A stretch of DNA of 24,081 nt, taken from the IMG/VR virus record IMGVR_UViG_3300025018_000526, positions 1 to 24,081 of that record; one strand, 5' to 3'. Source of the stretch: a virus. Taxonomy: Duplodnaviria > Caudoviricetes. Under the pieces are notes generated by a model that had not been told where the DNA came from, searched no databases, and saw only the letters and a list, made by a program, of their open reading frames with translations. Positions 1 to 7,729 of this stretch are shown here, piece after piece. The translations under genes and the position numbers were made by a program. Numbering within the stretch: the first letter of the stretch is position 1; every line of letters starts with the position of its first letter.

Positions 1-68
1 AAACAGAAGAATCAGTCGAGGCAAGATACGACTTAAAATTATTACTTAATAAATTTAAAAAAACATCT

Positions 69-407
69 ATGGAAAAGAAAACAAAAGAGTGTCGCTATTG
101 TGGCGAAGAAATCTTAATAAAAGCCATAAAGTGCAAACATTGTGGCTCAAACTTAACATTATCAGGCTACATATCTGATGATGAAAAGCCAACAAAAAAT
201 AATAATAAAGATAAAGTACTGGCAGGTTTATTAGCTTTATTTTTAGGCGGGATAGGGATACATAAGTTTTATTTAGGAGAAAATAAAAATGGACTACTTT
301 ACTTAATATTTTGCTGGACATACATACCGGCAATATTCGGGCTAGTAGAGGGAATACAGTATCTAGCTATGAGTAAGGAAAAATTTAACGAAAAGTTTAG
401 TAAATAA
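69..407 (+). CDS. Zinc-ribbon + TM2 domain membrane protein
   Basis: N-terminal CRYC..CKHC ribbon; C-terminal [24 protein letters not shown] is a TM2 signature. The frame is open to the window edge, so the start is not fully certain. Confidence 0.8.
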   Translation: MEKKTKECRYCGEEILIKAIKCKHCGSNLTLSGYISDDEKPTKNNNKDKVLAGLLALFLGGIGIHKFYLGENKNGLLYLIFCWTYIPAIFGLVEGIQYLAMSKEKFNEKFSK

Positions 408-419
408 CTTCCATAATAT

Positions 420-716
420 ATGAAAATAATAAAAGAAGACGGATATTTAATAATAAGCCATAAAGACAAAGAGCTATTCTTATGCTTAAGAAATGATTAT
501 TCTCAGTTAATTGGTAGTTGGAATTGGTATAACTTTACATTTATTGAGCTGAGTATAGAGAACGATTATCAATTAGGTGGAGTTGATTTTGATTTTATTA
601 TATTAGGACTTGGCATACATTTAAGATTAAACTATAAAAAAACAGAGATGACAGAAAGTCTACAAAATATGATCAACGAAATTAAGTCTGCATTAAAATT
701 ACCAAAGAAATTATGA
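420..716 (+). CDS. Hypothetical phage protein
   Basis: 98-aa ORF in operon-like spacing; stop overlaps the next start (ATGA). Confidence 0.6.
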   Translation: MKIIKEDGYLIISHKDKELFLCLRNDYSQLIGSWNWYNFTFIELSIENDYQLGGVDFDFIILGLGIHLRLNYKKTEMTESLQNMINEIKSALKLPKKL

Positions 717-877
717 AAATTATTAGGCACACAGCTGAACAAGACGTAGATAACGATGGAAATGTTACGACATTTTGCGGAATATGTGGCAAAGACTGGG
801 GATATTATAACCGTAAATATAAATTATTAAATTTTAGAATGTGGCTACACTCATTGAGATTTAAAATAATTAAATAG
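713..877 (+). CDS. Small hypothetical protein (54 aa, CGIC motif), not in the ORF track
   Basis: Read manually: MKIIRHTAEQDVDNDGNVTTFCGICGKDWGYY...KIIK*; ATGA coupling to the upstream gene; fills the gap before 889. Confidence 0.55.
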   Translation: MKIIRHTAEQDVDNDGNVTTFCGICGKDWGYYNRKYKLLNFRMWLHSLRFKIIK

Positions 878-888
878 TGTAATTATTT

Positions 889-1242
889 ATGAAACCGATA
901 CCATTAAAACATAGGAAGATAATAGACAGCGACCCGTACTTCAAGAAGAGCTGTCTGACAGGAAAGAAAGCAACATTAGATGATCGCATTGTTATTCATC
1001 ACAGTTTTTGCTACGCTCACGGGCAAATTAACGAGATGTGGAACTACTGCCCGCTCCTAGACAGCGAACACAGCCCCTACTCCAAGAAACCGAGCGTACA
1101 TAATAGCAAAGATATTGAAAATAGAGTACAATTGATAGCGATAGAGAAAGCCGGGCTAGATTATCTAAAAACAAACTTCCCAAAGAAAAACTGGGCTCAA
1201 TTGTATAAATACCTAAGTGAAAAATATGGCAAAGCAATATAA
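889..1242 (+). CDS. Degenerate HNH-like protein
   Basis: SCLTG...IVIHH...NEMWNYCPL..EH pattern resembles the beta-beta-alpha-Me fold of small phage nucleases. Confidence 0.45.
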   Translation: MKPIPLKHRKIIDSDPYFKKSCLTGKKATLDDRIVIHHSFCYAHGQINEMWNYCPLLDSEHSPYSKKPSVHNSKDIENRVQLIAIEKAGLDYLKTNFPKKNWAQLYKYLSEKYGKAI

Positions 1243-1585
1243 TTTAACAGCACTTGAAACAGAGGAACAAGAAAGCCTAGTGCAGTACCTAAAATTTAGA
1301 GGTTTAAAATTTTCTGCTATTCCAAATGGGATGTATACCAAAAGCTGGGCAGTCAAAAGAAAAAATAAAAGAGAGGGGGTAAATGCAGGAGTACCTGATA
1401 TGCTTGTAATACTTCCTAAAAAACTACTTTTTATAGAATTAAAAAGAGAAAAAGGCGGAACAGTAAGCCCAGAACAAAAAGAATGGATAGAAAAGCTAAA
1501 TGGGATAGGTAATCAGATCGAGGCGATTGTAAGTAGGGGATGTGGTGAGGCAATAGATAAAATAGAAAAAGAGCTAAAAAAATAG
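1217..1585 (+). CDS. VRR-NUC domain nuclease (putative resolvase); start may be 1226
   Basis: EEQ..., AIPNG, GVNAGVPDM, FIELKREKGGTVSPEQKEW: PD-(D/E)xK VRR-NUC motifs. Confidence 0.85.
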   Translation: MKNMAKQYNLTALETEEQESLVQYLKFRGLKFSAIPNGMYTKSWAVKRKNKREGVNAGVPDMLVILPKKLLFIELKREKGGTVSPEQKEWIEKLNGIGNQIEAIVSRGCGEAIDKIEKELKK

Positions 1586-1610
1586 CTTAAAAATAATTAA
1601 AGGAAATTAT

Positions 1611-2057
1611 ATGCATTATTTTGAAACATGCCACTGCTGTCGGCAGAAAAAAACAGCATACACATTGGCGATAAACGCCCCGCTAGTGAACGCTTTCATC
1701 AAATTCGCAGTACAATACCTAAAAGACGGTAAAGGCATCGTAAAGGGCGAAATTGGGCTCACAAACGCACAATACTCGAACTTCCAGAACCTAAGACACT
1801 TCGGAATAATAAGACAGTACGAAAAAGGCAATGAATGGTATTTAACTGATATCGGACTTGCCTTTTATTATGGAGAAATAGGGATAAAATCACCTATAGC
1901 ATTTATGGCAGGCGAAACTCTTCCAGATAACCATCCCTGCTGGGCTACAGAAAAGAAAAAAAGAGAAACAGTCTACATTAGAGATGTTATGCCCGGACAC
2001 TATAAAAAAAGACCAGAATATCAAAGAGAAAGCACAAGACAAACAAGTTTTTTATGA
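1611..2057 (+). CDS. Hypothetical protein, possibly DNA-binding (N-terminal CxxC, winged-helix-like end)
   Basis: CHCC at the N-terminus; NFQNLRHFGII...WYLTDIG resembles a wHTH wing. Confidence 0.55.
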   Translation: MHYFETCHCCRQKKTAYTLAINAPLVNAFIKFAVQYLKDGKGIVKGEIGLTNAQYSNFQNLRHFGIIRQYEKGNEWYLTDIGLAFYYGEIGIKSPIAFMAGETLPDNHPCWATEKKKRETVYIRDVMPGHYKKRPEYQRESTRQTSFL

Positions 2058-2236
2058 AAACACATCTAGTTAGATCACAAAGCGATAAAGATAAAATTTA
2101 TAAAGTCAGCATATATCATACTTTTGCCGAATGTGATTGCGAGGCTTTTAAATTTAGAAAGGACTGTAAGCATATCAGATACATTCTAGATAAATATTAC
2201 AGACCAAAAAACAACCCACAACTTATCAACAGATAG
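2054..2236 (+). CDS. SWIM zinc-finger protein
   Basis: YKV...CDCEAFKFRKDCKHI fits the CxCxnCxH SWIM signature. Confidence 0.75.
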   Translation: MKTHLVRSQSDKDKIYKVSIYHTFAECDCEAFKFRKDCKHIRYILDKYYRPKNNPQLINR

Positions 2237-2240
2237 TTAT

Positions 2241-2269
2241 TAGTCATATAACATCAGTTGTGGTAAAAT
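2241..2269 (+). promoter_or_regulatory. Putative promoter of the replication gene
   Basis: TAGTCA-N17-TAAAAT with extended -10 TG; DnaA-box-like TTATCAACA at 2223-2231. Confidence 0.4.
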
Positions 2270-2295
2270 AAAAATAAGAATTAAAAGAAATTATT

Positions 2296-3069
2296 ATGTG
2301 GCAACCAAAGGGGGCAATATTCTCTGCTAGAAAGACAATAGAAAGTGAAATATTTTTAAATAAACCTGATAAATGGTTTAAGATTTGGTTTTTTTTGCTA
2401 CACAGGGTAAATTTTAAAGACTATAAAGAATATAAGAAAGGGGAATGCCATACTTCATATGAAGAAATAATGCGGTATACAGGGGCTAGTAAGGCACAAA
2501 TAGACCATTGTGTACGTTACCTGAAATCGGCGACAATGATAGCGACACGAAAAGCGACAAGAGGTTTTTTTGTAAATGTGCTAAAATTCGCACAATATCA
2601 AGATAAAAATGAGATAAAAAAAGAAGTAAAAGCGACACGAAAAGCGACAACAAAAGCGAAAGAAAAGCGACACAAAAGCGACACTATAAAGAATAATGAT
2701 AATAATGATAATAATGAAAGTAATAATATATTACGGGCAAAGCCCGAGAGTGAAGTATTTACAGAAGAACAAATAAGAGAAAAAGAGTTAAATAAAAATA
2801 TTCAAGAAGTAATAGATTTATTTTATAACAGCATAAACCCAAATATAAACTATGGAAATAAAACAACGAGATCAGCATGTAAATTCTTAATCGATAAATA
2901 TGGAATAGATGCCACAAAGAAAGCAACCGAGTATGCAATAAGCATTCAGGGGCAACCATACAGCCCAACCATAACAACACCACACGAGCTAAAAGAGAAG
3001 ATGAGCAAGCTGATACTTTATAAACAAAAAGAGTCAAATAACAAAGGTAAAGATATAATAGGCTTATAA
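2296..3069 (+). CDS. Phage replication initiator (lambda O-like, N-terminal wHTH)
   Basis: ARKTIESEIF..WFKIWFFLLHRVNF..KGECHTSYEEI N-terminus typical of replisome organisers; low-complexity linker encoded by iterons. Confidence 0.75.
   Translation: MWQPKGAIFSARKTIESEIFLNKPDKWFKIWFFLLHRVNFKDYKEYKKGECHTSYEEIMRYTGASKAQIDHCVRYLKSATMIATRKATRGFFVNVLKFAQYQDKNEIKKEVKATRKATTKAKEKRHKSDTIKNNDNNDNNESNNILRAKPESEVFTEEQIREKELNKNIQEVIDLFYNSINPNINYGNKTTRSACKFLIDKYGIDATKKATEYAISIQGQPYSPTITTPHELKEKMSKLILYKQKESNNKGKDIIGL
2530..2730 (+). repeat. Iteron array plus AT-rich tract (putative replication origin)
   Basis: GCGACA cores, mostly preceded by AAAA, at 2530, 2542, 2554, 2632, 2644, 2656 (variant GCGAAA), 2667 and 2678, followed by AATAATGAT repeats. 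Confidence 0.7.
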
Positions 3070-3083
3070 TTAACAGAAAATAT

Positions 3084-3419
3084 ATGCAACAAGAAAAACC
3101 AAGAGCATTCATCGTTAAGATGAGTAATCTAGAAGTGAAAATTGACCAAGACGAGGTTAATTCAGTAGTCGCAGGGATAATGTCCGGGCGACCAATTAAA
3201 GTAAGGCAAGGGATAATAAACCCTAGCTACTACATCGGGATAGTTGAAGACAATGAAAGAATAAAAACTTATCTAGACGAGATGAACAGAGTGATAGCTA
3301 ATAATAAAAACTACGAAAGCTATCAAATAGGCGACAGACAGTCGTTGCCAGAATTTAAAAAACTATCTGATATTTTTGAGGGTATAAGTCTGCCGGCCGG
3401 GAGGAAACAATTAAATTAA
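3084..3419 (+). CDS. Hypothetical protein downstream of the initiator
   Basis: 111-aa ORF with tight spacing and normal codon usage. Confidence 0.65.
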   Translation: MQQEKPRAFIVKMSNLEVKIDQDEVNSVVAGIMSGRPIKVRQGIINPSYYIGIVEDNERIKTYLDEMNRVIANNKNYESYQIGDRQSLPEFKKLSDIFEGISLPAGRKQLN

Positions 3420-3426
3420 AAAATTT

Positions 3427-4224
3427 ATGAAATATTTTAGTACATTCTCTGGTATTGGAGGATTTGAACTAGGGATACAGCAGGCATATGAAAATTATAA
3501 TAGAAAACTTTTATATAAACAGGACTCCGAGAGTATATGCAAAAGTATGCCCAACGCTGAGGTCGGACAGGAGCGGGCTAATTGTATTGGATACTCAGAA
3601 ATTGATAAATACGCTATCCAAGTCTACAATAAAAAATTTAACCACAAAAATTATGGAGATATTACAAAAATCAACGCAGACGAGCTCCCCGACTTTGACC
3701 TACTCGTGGGAGGATTCCCTTGCCAATCTTTTAGCATCGCTGGTAAGCGGGGAGGATTTGAAGATACCAGAGGAACAATGTTTTTTGAACTTGCGAGAAT
3801 ACTGCGAGCAAAAAAACCTAGACTATTCATCTTTGAAAATGTTAAAGGACTTCTCAGCCATGACAGTGGGCGAACTTTTAAGACCATCATCCAAGCGCTT
3901 GATGAGCTGGGGTACGACCTACAATGGCAAGTGCTTAACAGCAAATATCACGGAGTACCGCAAAGCAGAGAGAGGGTGTTTATTGTCGGACATCTTAGAG
4001 GAACAAGTAGACCCCAAATATTTCCTATCAGAGAAGATGAAGAAATATCTAGTGAAACAACTGAGCCAAGAGAATCACAACCACAAACCAAACCTGCATC
4101 AACAATTAGAACAAAAGAGGGAACAAGATCAGACGACAACTTCGTTATTGTCAGAGAGGCAACCAGAAAAGGATATAGCGTTGCGGGGGGGCGACAGCAT
4201 AAATCTAGCAGTACCAAACAGTAA
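3427..4224 (+). CDS. DNA (cytosine-5) methyltransferase, N-terminal/alpha part (motifs I-VIII)
   Basis: FSGIGG (I), SEID (II), GDI (III), GGFPCQSFS (IV), FENVKG (VI), VPQSRERVFIVG (VIII); motifs IX and X absent. Confidence 0.9.
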   Translation: MKYFSTFSGIGGFELGIQQAYENYNRKLLYKQDSESICKSMPNAEVGQERANCIGYSEIDKYAIQVYNKKFNHKNYGDITKINADELPDFDLLVGGFPCQSFSIAGKRGGFEDTRGTMFFELARILRAKKPRLFIFENVKGLLSHDSGRTFKTIIQALDELGYDLQWQVLNSKYHGVPQSRERVFIVGHLRGTSRPQIFPIREDEEISSETTEPRESQPQTKPASTIRTKEGTRSDDNFVIVREATRKGYSVAGGRQHKSSSTKQ

Positions 4225-4480
4225 AACAAGACGAGGTAGAGTAGGAAAAGGAATAGCCCAAACACTAGATACCGGAATGCAACAGTACACGCTAACAGAC
4301 AGTGTAGTAAGAAAGCTAACACCAGTAGAATGTGAACGCCTGCAGGGATTCCCAGACGACTGGACAGACATCGGAACAGAGGGGAAAATATCAGATACGC
4401 AAAGATATAAAATGCTAGGAAACGCAGTGACCGTAAACGTGGTAGAGCATATACTAATAAAACTTGCCACCATTCTATAA
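3488..4480 (+). CDS. DNA (cytosine-5) methyltransferase, C-terminal/beta part in the +1 frame (motifs IX-X)
   Basis: RKLTPVECERLQGFPDDWT (IX), QRYKMLGNAVTV (X); frame open over 737 nt of the alpha gene. The true start is uncertain. Confidence 0.8.
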   Translation: MKIIIENFYINRTPRVYAKVCPTLRSDRSGLIVLDTQKLINTLSKSTIKNLTTKIMEILQKSTQTSSPTLTYSWEDSLANLLASLVSGEDLKIPEEQCFLNLREYCEQKNLDYSSLKMLKDFSAMTVGELLRPSSKRLMSWGTTYNGKCLTANITEYRKAERGCLLSDILEEQVDPKYFLSEKMKKYLVKQLSQENHNHKPNLHQQLEQKREQDQTTTSLLSERQPEKDIALRGGDSINLAVPNSKTRRGRVGKGIAQTLDTGMQQYTLTDSVVRKLTPVECERLQGFPDDWTDIGTEGKISDTQRYKMLGNAVTVNVVEHILIKLATIL

Positions 4481-4492
4481 ATTTGATATAAT
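4464..4492 (+). promoter_or_regulatory. Sigma70-type promoter
   Basis: TTGCCA(4464)-N17-TATAAT(4487) with extended -10 TG, upstream of 4514. Confidence 0.65.
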
Positions 4493-4513
4493 AAGACATA
4501 TAAAATAAATATT

Positions 4514-6598
4514 ATGCAAAACAAAGAATTTACAGCGGATGAAATAAAACCGTACCCAAAGAATGCGAAGAAACATCCGACAAAGCAATTACTGCAGATA
4601 GCCATGAGCATTAAGGAATTTGGCTGGCAACAACCGATCGTGGTAGACCAGAAAGGAATAATCATCGTAGGACACGGGCGATATTTTGCATATCAAAAAT
4701 TTAAAGACGAGCTAAGACTGGGAAAGCCAGAAATAAACGTATCAAAGCTAACAGAGGGGCAAGCCAGAGCCTACAGAATAGCCGACAACAAGCTCAACGA
4801 GAGCGAATGGGATGAAGATGTCCTGATCGAGGAATTGAAACAACTAGAGGCAGAACTATTCGCCCTAACAGGATTTGAAGAGGATATGATAACCGACAGC
4901 GACGTAGAAGATGACGAAGTGCCAGAGCTACCCGGAACAGCCACATCAAAACTAGGGCAAATGTACAAGCTAGGCGAACACGTAATCATGTGCGGAAACA
5001 GCACCTCGGAAGAAGATGTAAATAAGCTAATGGGGGGCGAGAAAGCTCAAATGTGTTTTACAGACCCACCATACAACATCGACTACAAAGGCGGAATGAG
5101 TACCCACAAACAGAATAAGCGAGAGGGAATCATGAACGACAAAATGAGCGATAATCACTTCTACGATTTTCTAGCAGAGGTAAGCAGACGAATCGTAGAC
5201 CACGTAAAAGGCGGGGTGTACATCTGCATGAGCTCCAGCGAACTGCCAAACCTAAAGAAAGCATGGGAGAGCAACGGAGGACACTGGCAGAGTTTTATAA
5301 TCTGGGTAAAGAACAACTTCACACTAAGCCGGGCAGACTACCAGAACACATACGAGCCAATGCTTTACGGATGGGCAGACGGAATTAAAAACCATTTTTT
5401 TATAGACCGTAGAGATATAGCAAACGTCTGGGAGGACTTAAGAGAAGTAAAAACGACATTTGACGGACAACACACCTCAATAAAATTTCAAGGCTTCGAG
5501 GTAAAGGTAGAGGGCAAGGCGAAAGGCGTAATCAAGAGGAAAAAACAGAGAATAGATATCTGGCGATACGACAAGCCGACCAAGTCAGTAGAACACCCAT
5601 GTCTACCAGCAGGAGAGTTAGTATTTATAAATAATAAATGGCAACCAATTGAAGTGGTGAAAAATGGGAAAAGTGGTTATGGTAAAATTATTGATACTAG
5701 CTCACATATTGCTAAAGAAATTATTGAAATAATGATTAAAGATGGTGTTAAAACAAGGTCAACGAGCAATCATCCATTTTTGGTATTTGAAGAAAAAAGT
5801 AATAGTATTTTTTGGAAAGAGGCTAGACTTATAAAAGAGGGAGATTTTATATTGACTAATAAAAAGATACTTGATACTATTAAACCAGTATGTATAAACA
5901 AGGAAAAGGATACATTACCAAAAAAGGGTATAAAAGAATATTCCATAACGGAAGACTCAGAATGGAACATTGTGTCGTCTGGGAGGAAAGATATGGAAAA
6001 ATACCAAAAGGTAAACAAATCCACCACAAAAATGAAAATAAACTCGACAATAGTATTGGAAACCTCCAAATTGTCAGTACGCTTGAACACAAACGGATAC
6101 ACTCTGGTTGCGAATTTAAAAATGGTAAATGGCACAAAAAGTGCAGTCAGTGTAAAGAAACAAAGCCAGTTACAAAAAAATATTGGTATTTTAGAAAAAA
6201 TGGATGGCTATCAAGCGGTGAATGCAAACAATGTGTTATCAAAAGAGTTTGTGAGAGAAGAAGAATTCGTATTGAGAGAGGTTGGAAACGTCCGAACTAT
6301 AAAAGAAAAAATAAAAGTATATAATTTAACAATTGATGGAATTCCAGCATTCGATACTTTAATAGGGGTAAGTCATAATACAATGAAACCAGTAGCCCTA
6401 TGCCTAGAGGCAGTAAAGAATAGCAGTCAGAAAGGCGACATCGTGCTAGACCTATTCCTAGGGAGCGGTAGCACATTGATAGCCAGCGAGAAAGCCGGGC
6501 GAAAATGCTACGGAATGGAGCTAGACCCAAAGTACATCGATGTGATCATAGAGAGATGGGAAAAGTACACCGGGCAGAAAGCAGAGCGAACCAACTAA
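4514..6598 (+). CDS. ParB-N-terminal domain + N6/N4 DNA methyltransferase (beta class), intein-containing
   Basis: PYPKNAKKH, FGWQQPIVVD, GHGR, YRIADNKL (ParB/Srx); FTDPPY, HP|TMKP, VLDLFLGSGSTLIA, GMELDPKY (MTase). Confidence 0.92.
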   Translation: MQNKEFTADEIKPYPKNAKKHPTKQLLQIAMSIKEFGWQQPIVVDQKGIIIVGHGRYFAYQKFKDELRLGKPEINVSKLTEGQARAYRIADNKLNESEWDEDVLIEELKQLEAELFALTGFEEDMITDSDVEDDEVPELPGTATSKLGQMYKLGEHVIMCGNSTSEEDVNKLMGGEKAQMCFTDPPYNIDYKGGMSTHKQNKREGIMNDKMSDNHFYDFLAEVSRRIVDHVKGGVYICMSSSELPNLKKAWESNGGHWQSFIIWVKNNFTLSRADYQNTYEPMLYGWADGIKNHFFIDRRDIANVWEDLREVKTTFDGQHTSIKFQGFEVKVEGKAKGVIKRKKQRIDIWRYDKPTKSVEHPCLPAGELVFINNKWQPIEVVKNGKSGYGKIIDTSSHIAKEIIEIMIKDGVKTRSTSNHPFLVFEEKSNSIFWKEARLIKEGDFILTNKKILDTIKPVCINKEKDTLPKKGIKEYSITEDSEWNIVSSGRKDMEKYQKVNKSTTKMKINSTIVLETSKLSVRLNTNGYTLVANLKMVNGTKSAVSVKKQSQLQKNIGILEKMDGYQAVNANNVLSKEFVREEEFVLREVGNVRTIKEKIKVYNLTIDGIPAFDTLIGVSHNTMKPVALCLEAVKNSSQKGDIVLDLFLGSGSTLIASEKAGRKCYGMELDPKYIDVIIERWEKYTGQKAERTN
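5852..5880 (+). promoter_or_regulatory. Internal sigma70-type promoter for the nested HNH gene
   Basis: TTGACT(5852-5857)-N17-TACTAT(5875-5880) with extended -10 TG; 9 nt before the ATG at 5890. Confidence 0.65.
5890..6324 (+). CDS. HNH homing endonuclease with C-terminal Zn finger, nested out of frame in the intein
   Basis: GYKRI..MEHCVVWE..GKIPKGKQIHHKNENKLDNSIGNLQIV..EHKRIH (HNH_3-type), then CSQC..CKQC. Confidence 0.88.
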   Translation: MYKQGKGYITKKGYKRIFHNGRLRMEHCVVWEERYGKIPKGKQIHHKNENKLDNSIGNLQIVSTLEHKRIHSGCEFKNGKWHKKCSQCKETKPVTKKYWYFRKNGWLSSGECKQCVIKRVCERRRIRIERGWKRPNYKRKNKSI

Positions 6599-6618
6599 TA
6601 AAATTATAAGCAACTAAT

Positions 6619-7026
6619 ATGAAAAAAAAGACAGCTGAAAAACAAAATAAAAAGAGAGCCGAAAAAAGAAAAAAGTTAAGAATTGAAACCCAAGCCAGAA
6701 GAATGACTAAAGCAAAACAACAAGAGGCTGTTGATCGAGCAAACAAAGTAAGAGAAATTAGAAAATACGAATTACTAGGACTAAGTGTTATTTTTAAACT
6801 TTTAAATGGCAGAGATATAAATGATAAAGATAAATTTAGCCCTGAAAGAATAGGTAAAATGTGTAAAGACTTTCTAGAAAAATACAAAAAGATGAGTAAA
6901 GAAGAACAAAAAGAATTCCACCCGCTAGTTGCTTTAGCTGAAAGAAAAGTAGATAGCCTGAAAAGATACAGAGAAATAAATAAAAAACTTTTGCAAGAAC
7001 AAAAAGAAAAAGAAGATAAAAAATAA
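6619..7026 (+). CDS. Basic, helical hypothetical protein
   Basis: 135-aa K/R/E-rich ORF. Confidence 0.6.
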   Translation: MKKKTAEKQNKKRAEKRKKLRIETQARRMTKAKQQEAVDRANKVREIRKYELLGLSVIFKLLNGRDINDKDKFSPERIGKMCKDFLEKYKKMSKEEQKEFHPLVALAERKVDSLKRYREINKKLLQEQKEKEDKK

Positions 7027-7028
7027 TC

Positions 7029-7057
7029 TTGTCTAAAGTGTCAAAAAATATTATAAT
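7029..7057 (+). promoter_or_regulatory. Sigma70-type promoter
   Basis: TTGTCT(7029)-N17-TATAAT(7052) upstream of the KH gene. Confidence 0.55.
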
Positions 7058-7085
7058 GAAATTATAAGAAACTTTTAAAAAAAAT

Positions 7086-7394
7086 ATGAATGAAGAACTA
7101 AAAACTCTAGAAGAATTCTTAACAGCAATACTAAGCAATATTGTAAGCCAACCTGAAAAAATAGAATTACACTTCTCAGATGTAGAAGATGAACAAAAGG
7201 GTGAAATGACAATTGTTAATATCAAGGTCGCCACAGAAGACATTCCAGTATGCATAGGCGCAGGTGGAACAGTAGCTGACTCAATAAGGCGATTAGCAGT
7301 ATTAGTATGTAGGAAAATAGGATACACGAGGAATTTATTCGTAAGAGTTGATGCCCCGAAGATGCCTAAAAATCATTTTGAATTTAGAAAATAA
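7086..7394 (+). CDS. khpA: KH-domain RNA-binding protein, KhpA/YlqC-like
   Basis: EFLTAILSNIVSQPEKI...IKVATEDIPVCIGAGGTVADSIR matches the KhpA pattern with a GxxG loop. Confidence 0.75.
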   Translation: MNEELKTLEEFLTAILSNIVSQPEKIELHFSDVEDEQKGEMTIVNIKVATEDIPVCIGAGGTVADSIRRLAVLVCRKIGYTRNLFVRVDAPKMPKNHFEFRK

Positions 7395-7397
7395 TGT

Positions 7398-7607
7398 ATG
7401 CAATTCAAGGTGGGGGATGAATGCCCTTGGTGTAAAAACGGAAGATTACTACAGAAGAATGGAAGATATGGTGAATTTTTAGGATGCGATATGTACCACC
7501 ACACTGGATGTATGTTTATAGCAAAAATACCAAAAGAGCAAAACACATTAGAGCAACAAGCCGATGACTTTTTAAAAGGTCATGGAGTAAGTATATTAAA
7601 AATATAG
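7398..7607 (+). CDS. Topoisomerase-type C4 zinc-ribbon protein
   Basis: CPWCKNGRLLQKNGRYGEFLGCDMYHHTGCMF matches the zf-C4_Topoisom pattern. Confidence 0.8.
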   Translation: MQFKVGDECPWCKNGRLLQKNGRYGEFLGCDMYHHTGCMFIAKIPKEQNTLEQQADDFLKGHGVSILKI

Positions 7608-7727
7608 CTATCAGAATTATACTGCCATATTCTGTAAATGATGGAGTCACGGATCTAGCCATAAATGGCAGTGACGACAAGAAGTGCTCTTGAAATACGT
7701 ATTGGCGGTAGAATCTTGGTAGCTATA
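7603..7727 (+). ncRNA. Putative structured RNA domain 1
   Basis: About 25-bp closing stem 7603-7627/7703-7727 with G-U pairs; inner GTCAC/GTGAC, GCCA/TGGC and CAAGA/TCTTG helices. Confidence 0.5.
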
Positions 7728-7729
7728 AT

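Larger units (their letters stand above)
5600..6379 (+). mobile_element. Intein (260 aa) in the MTase HP|TMKP motif
   Basis: Starts CLPAGELV (block A); TSNHPF (block B); VYNLTIDG (block F); ends SHN followed by Thr+1. Removal restores EHPTMKPVAL. More T-rich than the flanking codons. Confidence 0.92.

Noticed and set aside
2530-2730. CRISPR-like array
   Set aside because: Repeats are about 10 nt with 1-2 nt gaps inside a CDS, which fits iterons and not repeat-spacer units.
7636-7695. Hammerhead ribozyme suggested by TGATGGA-GTCAC...GTGAC-GACA
   Set aside because: The core deviates from the required CUGANGA and GAAA, so it cannot be called without an assay.
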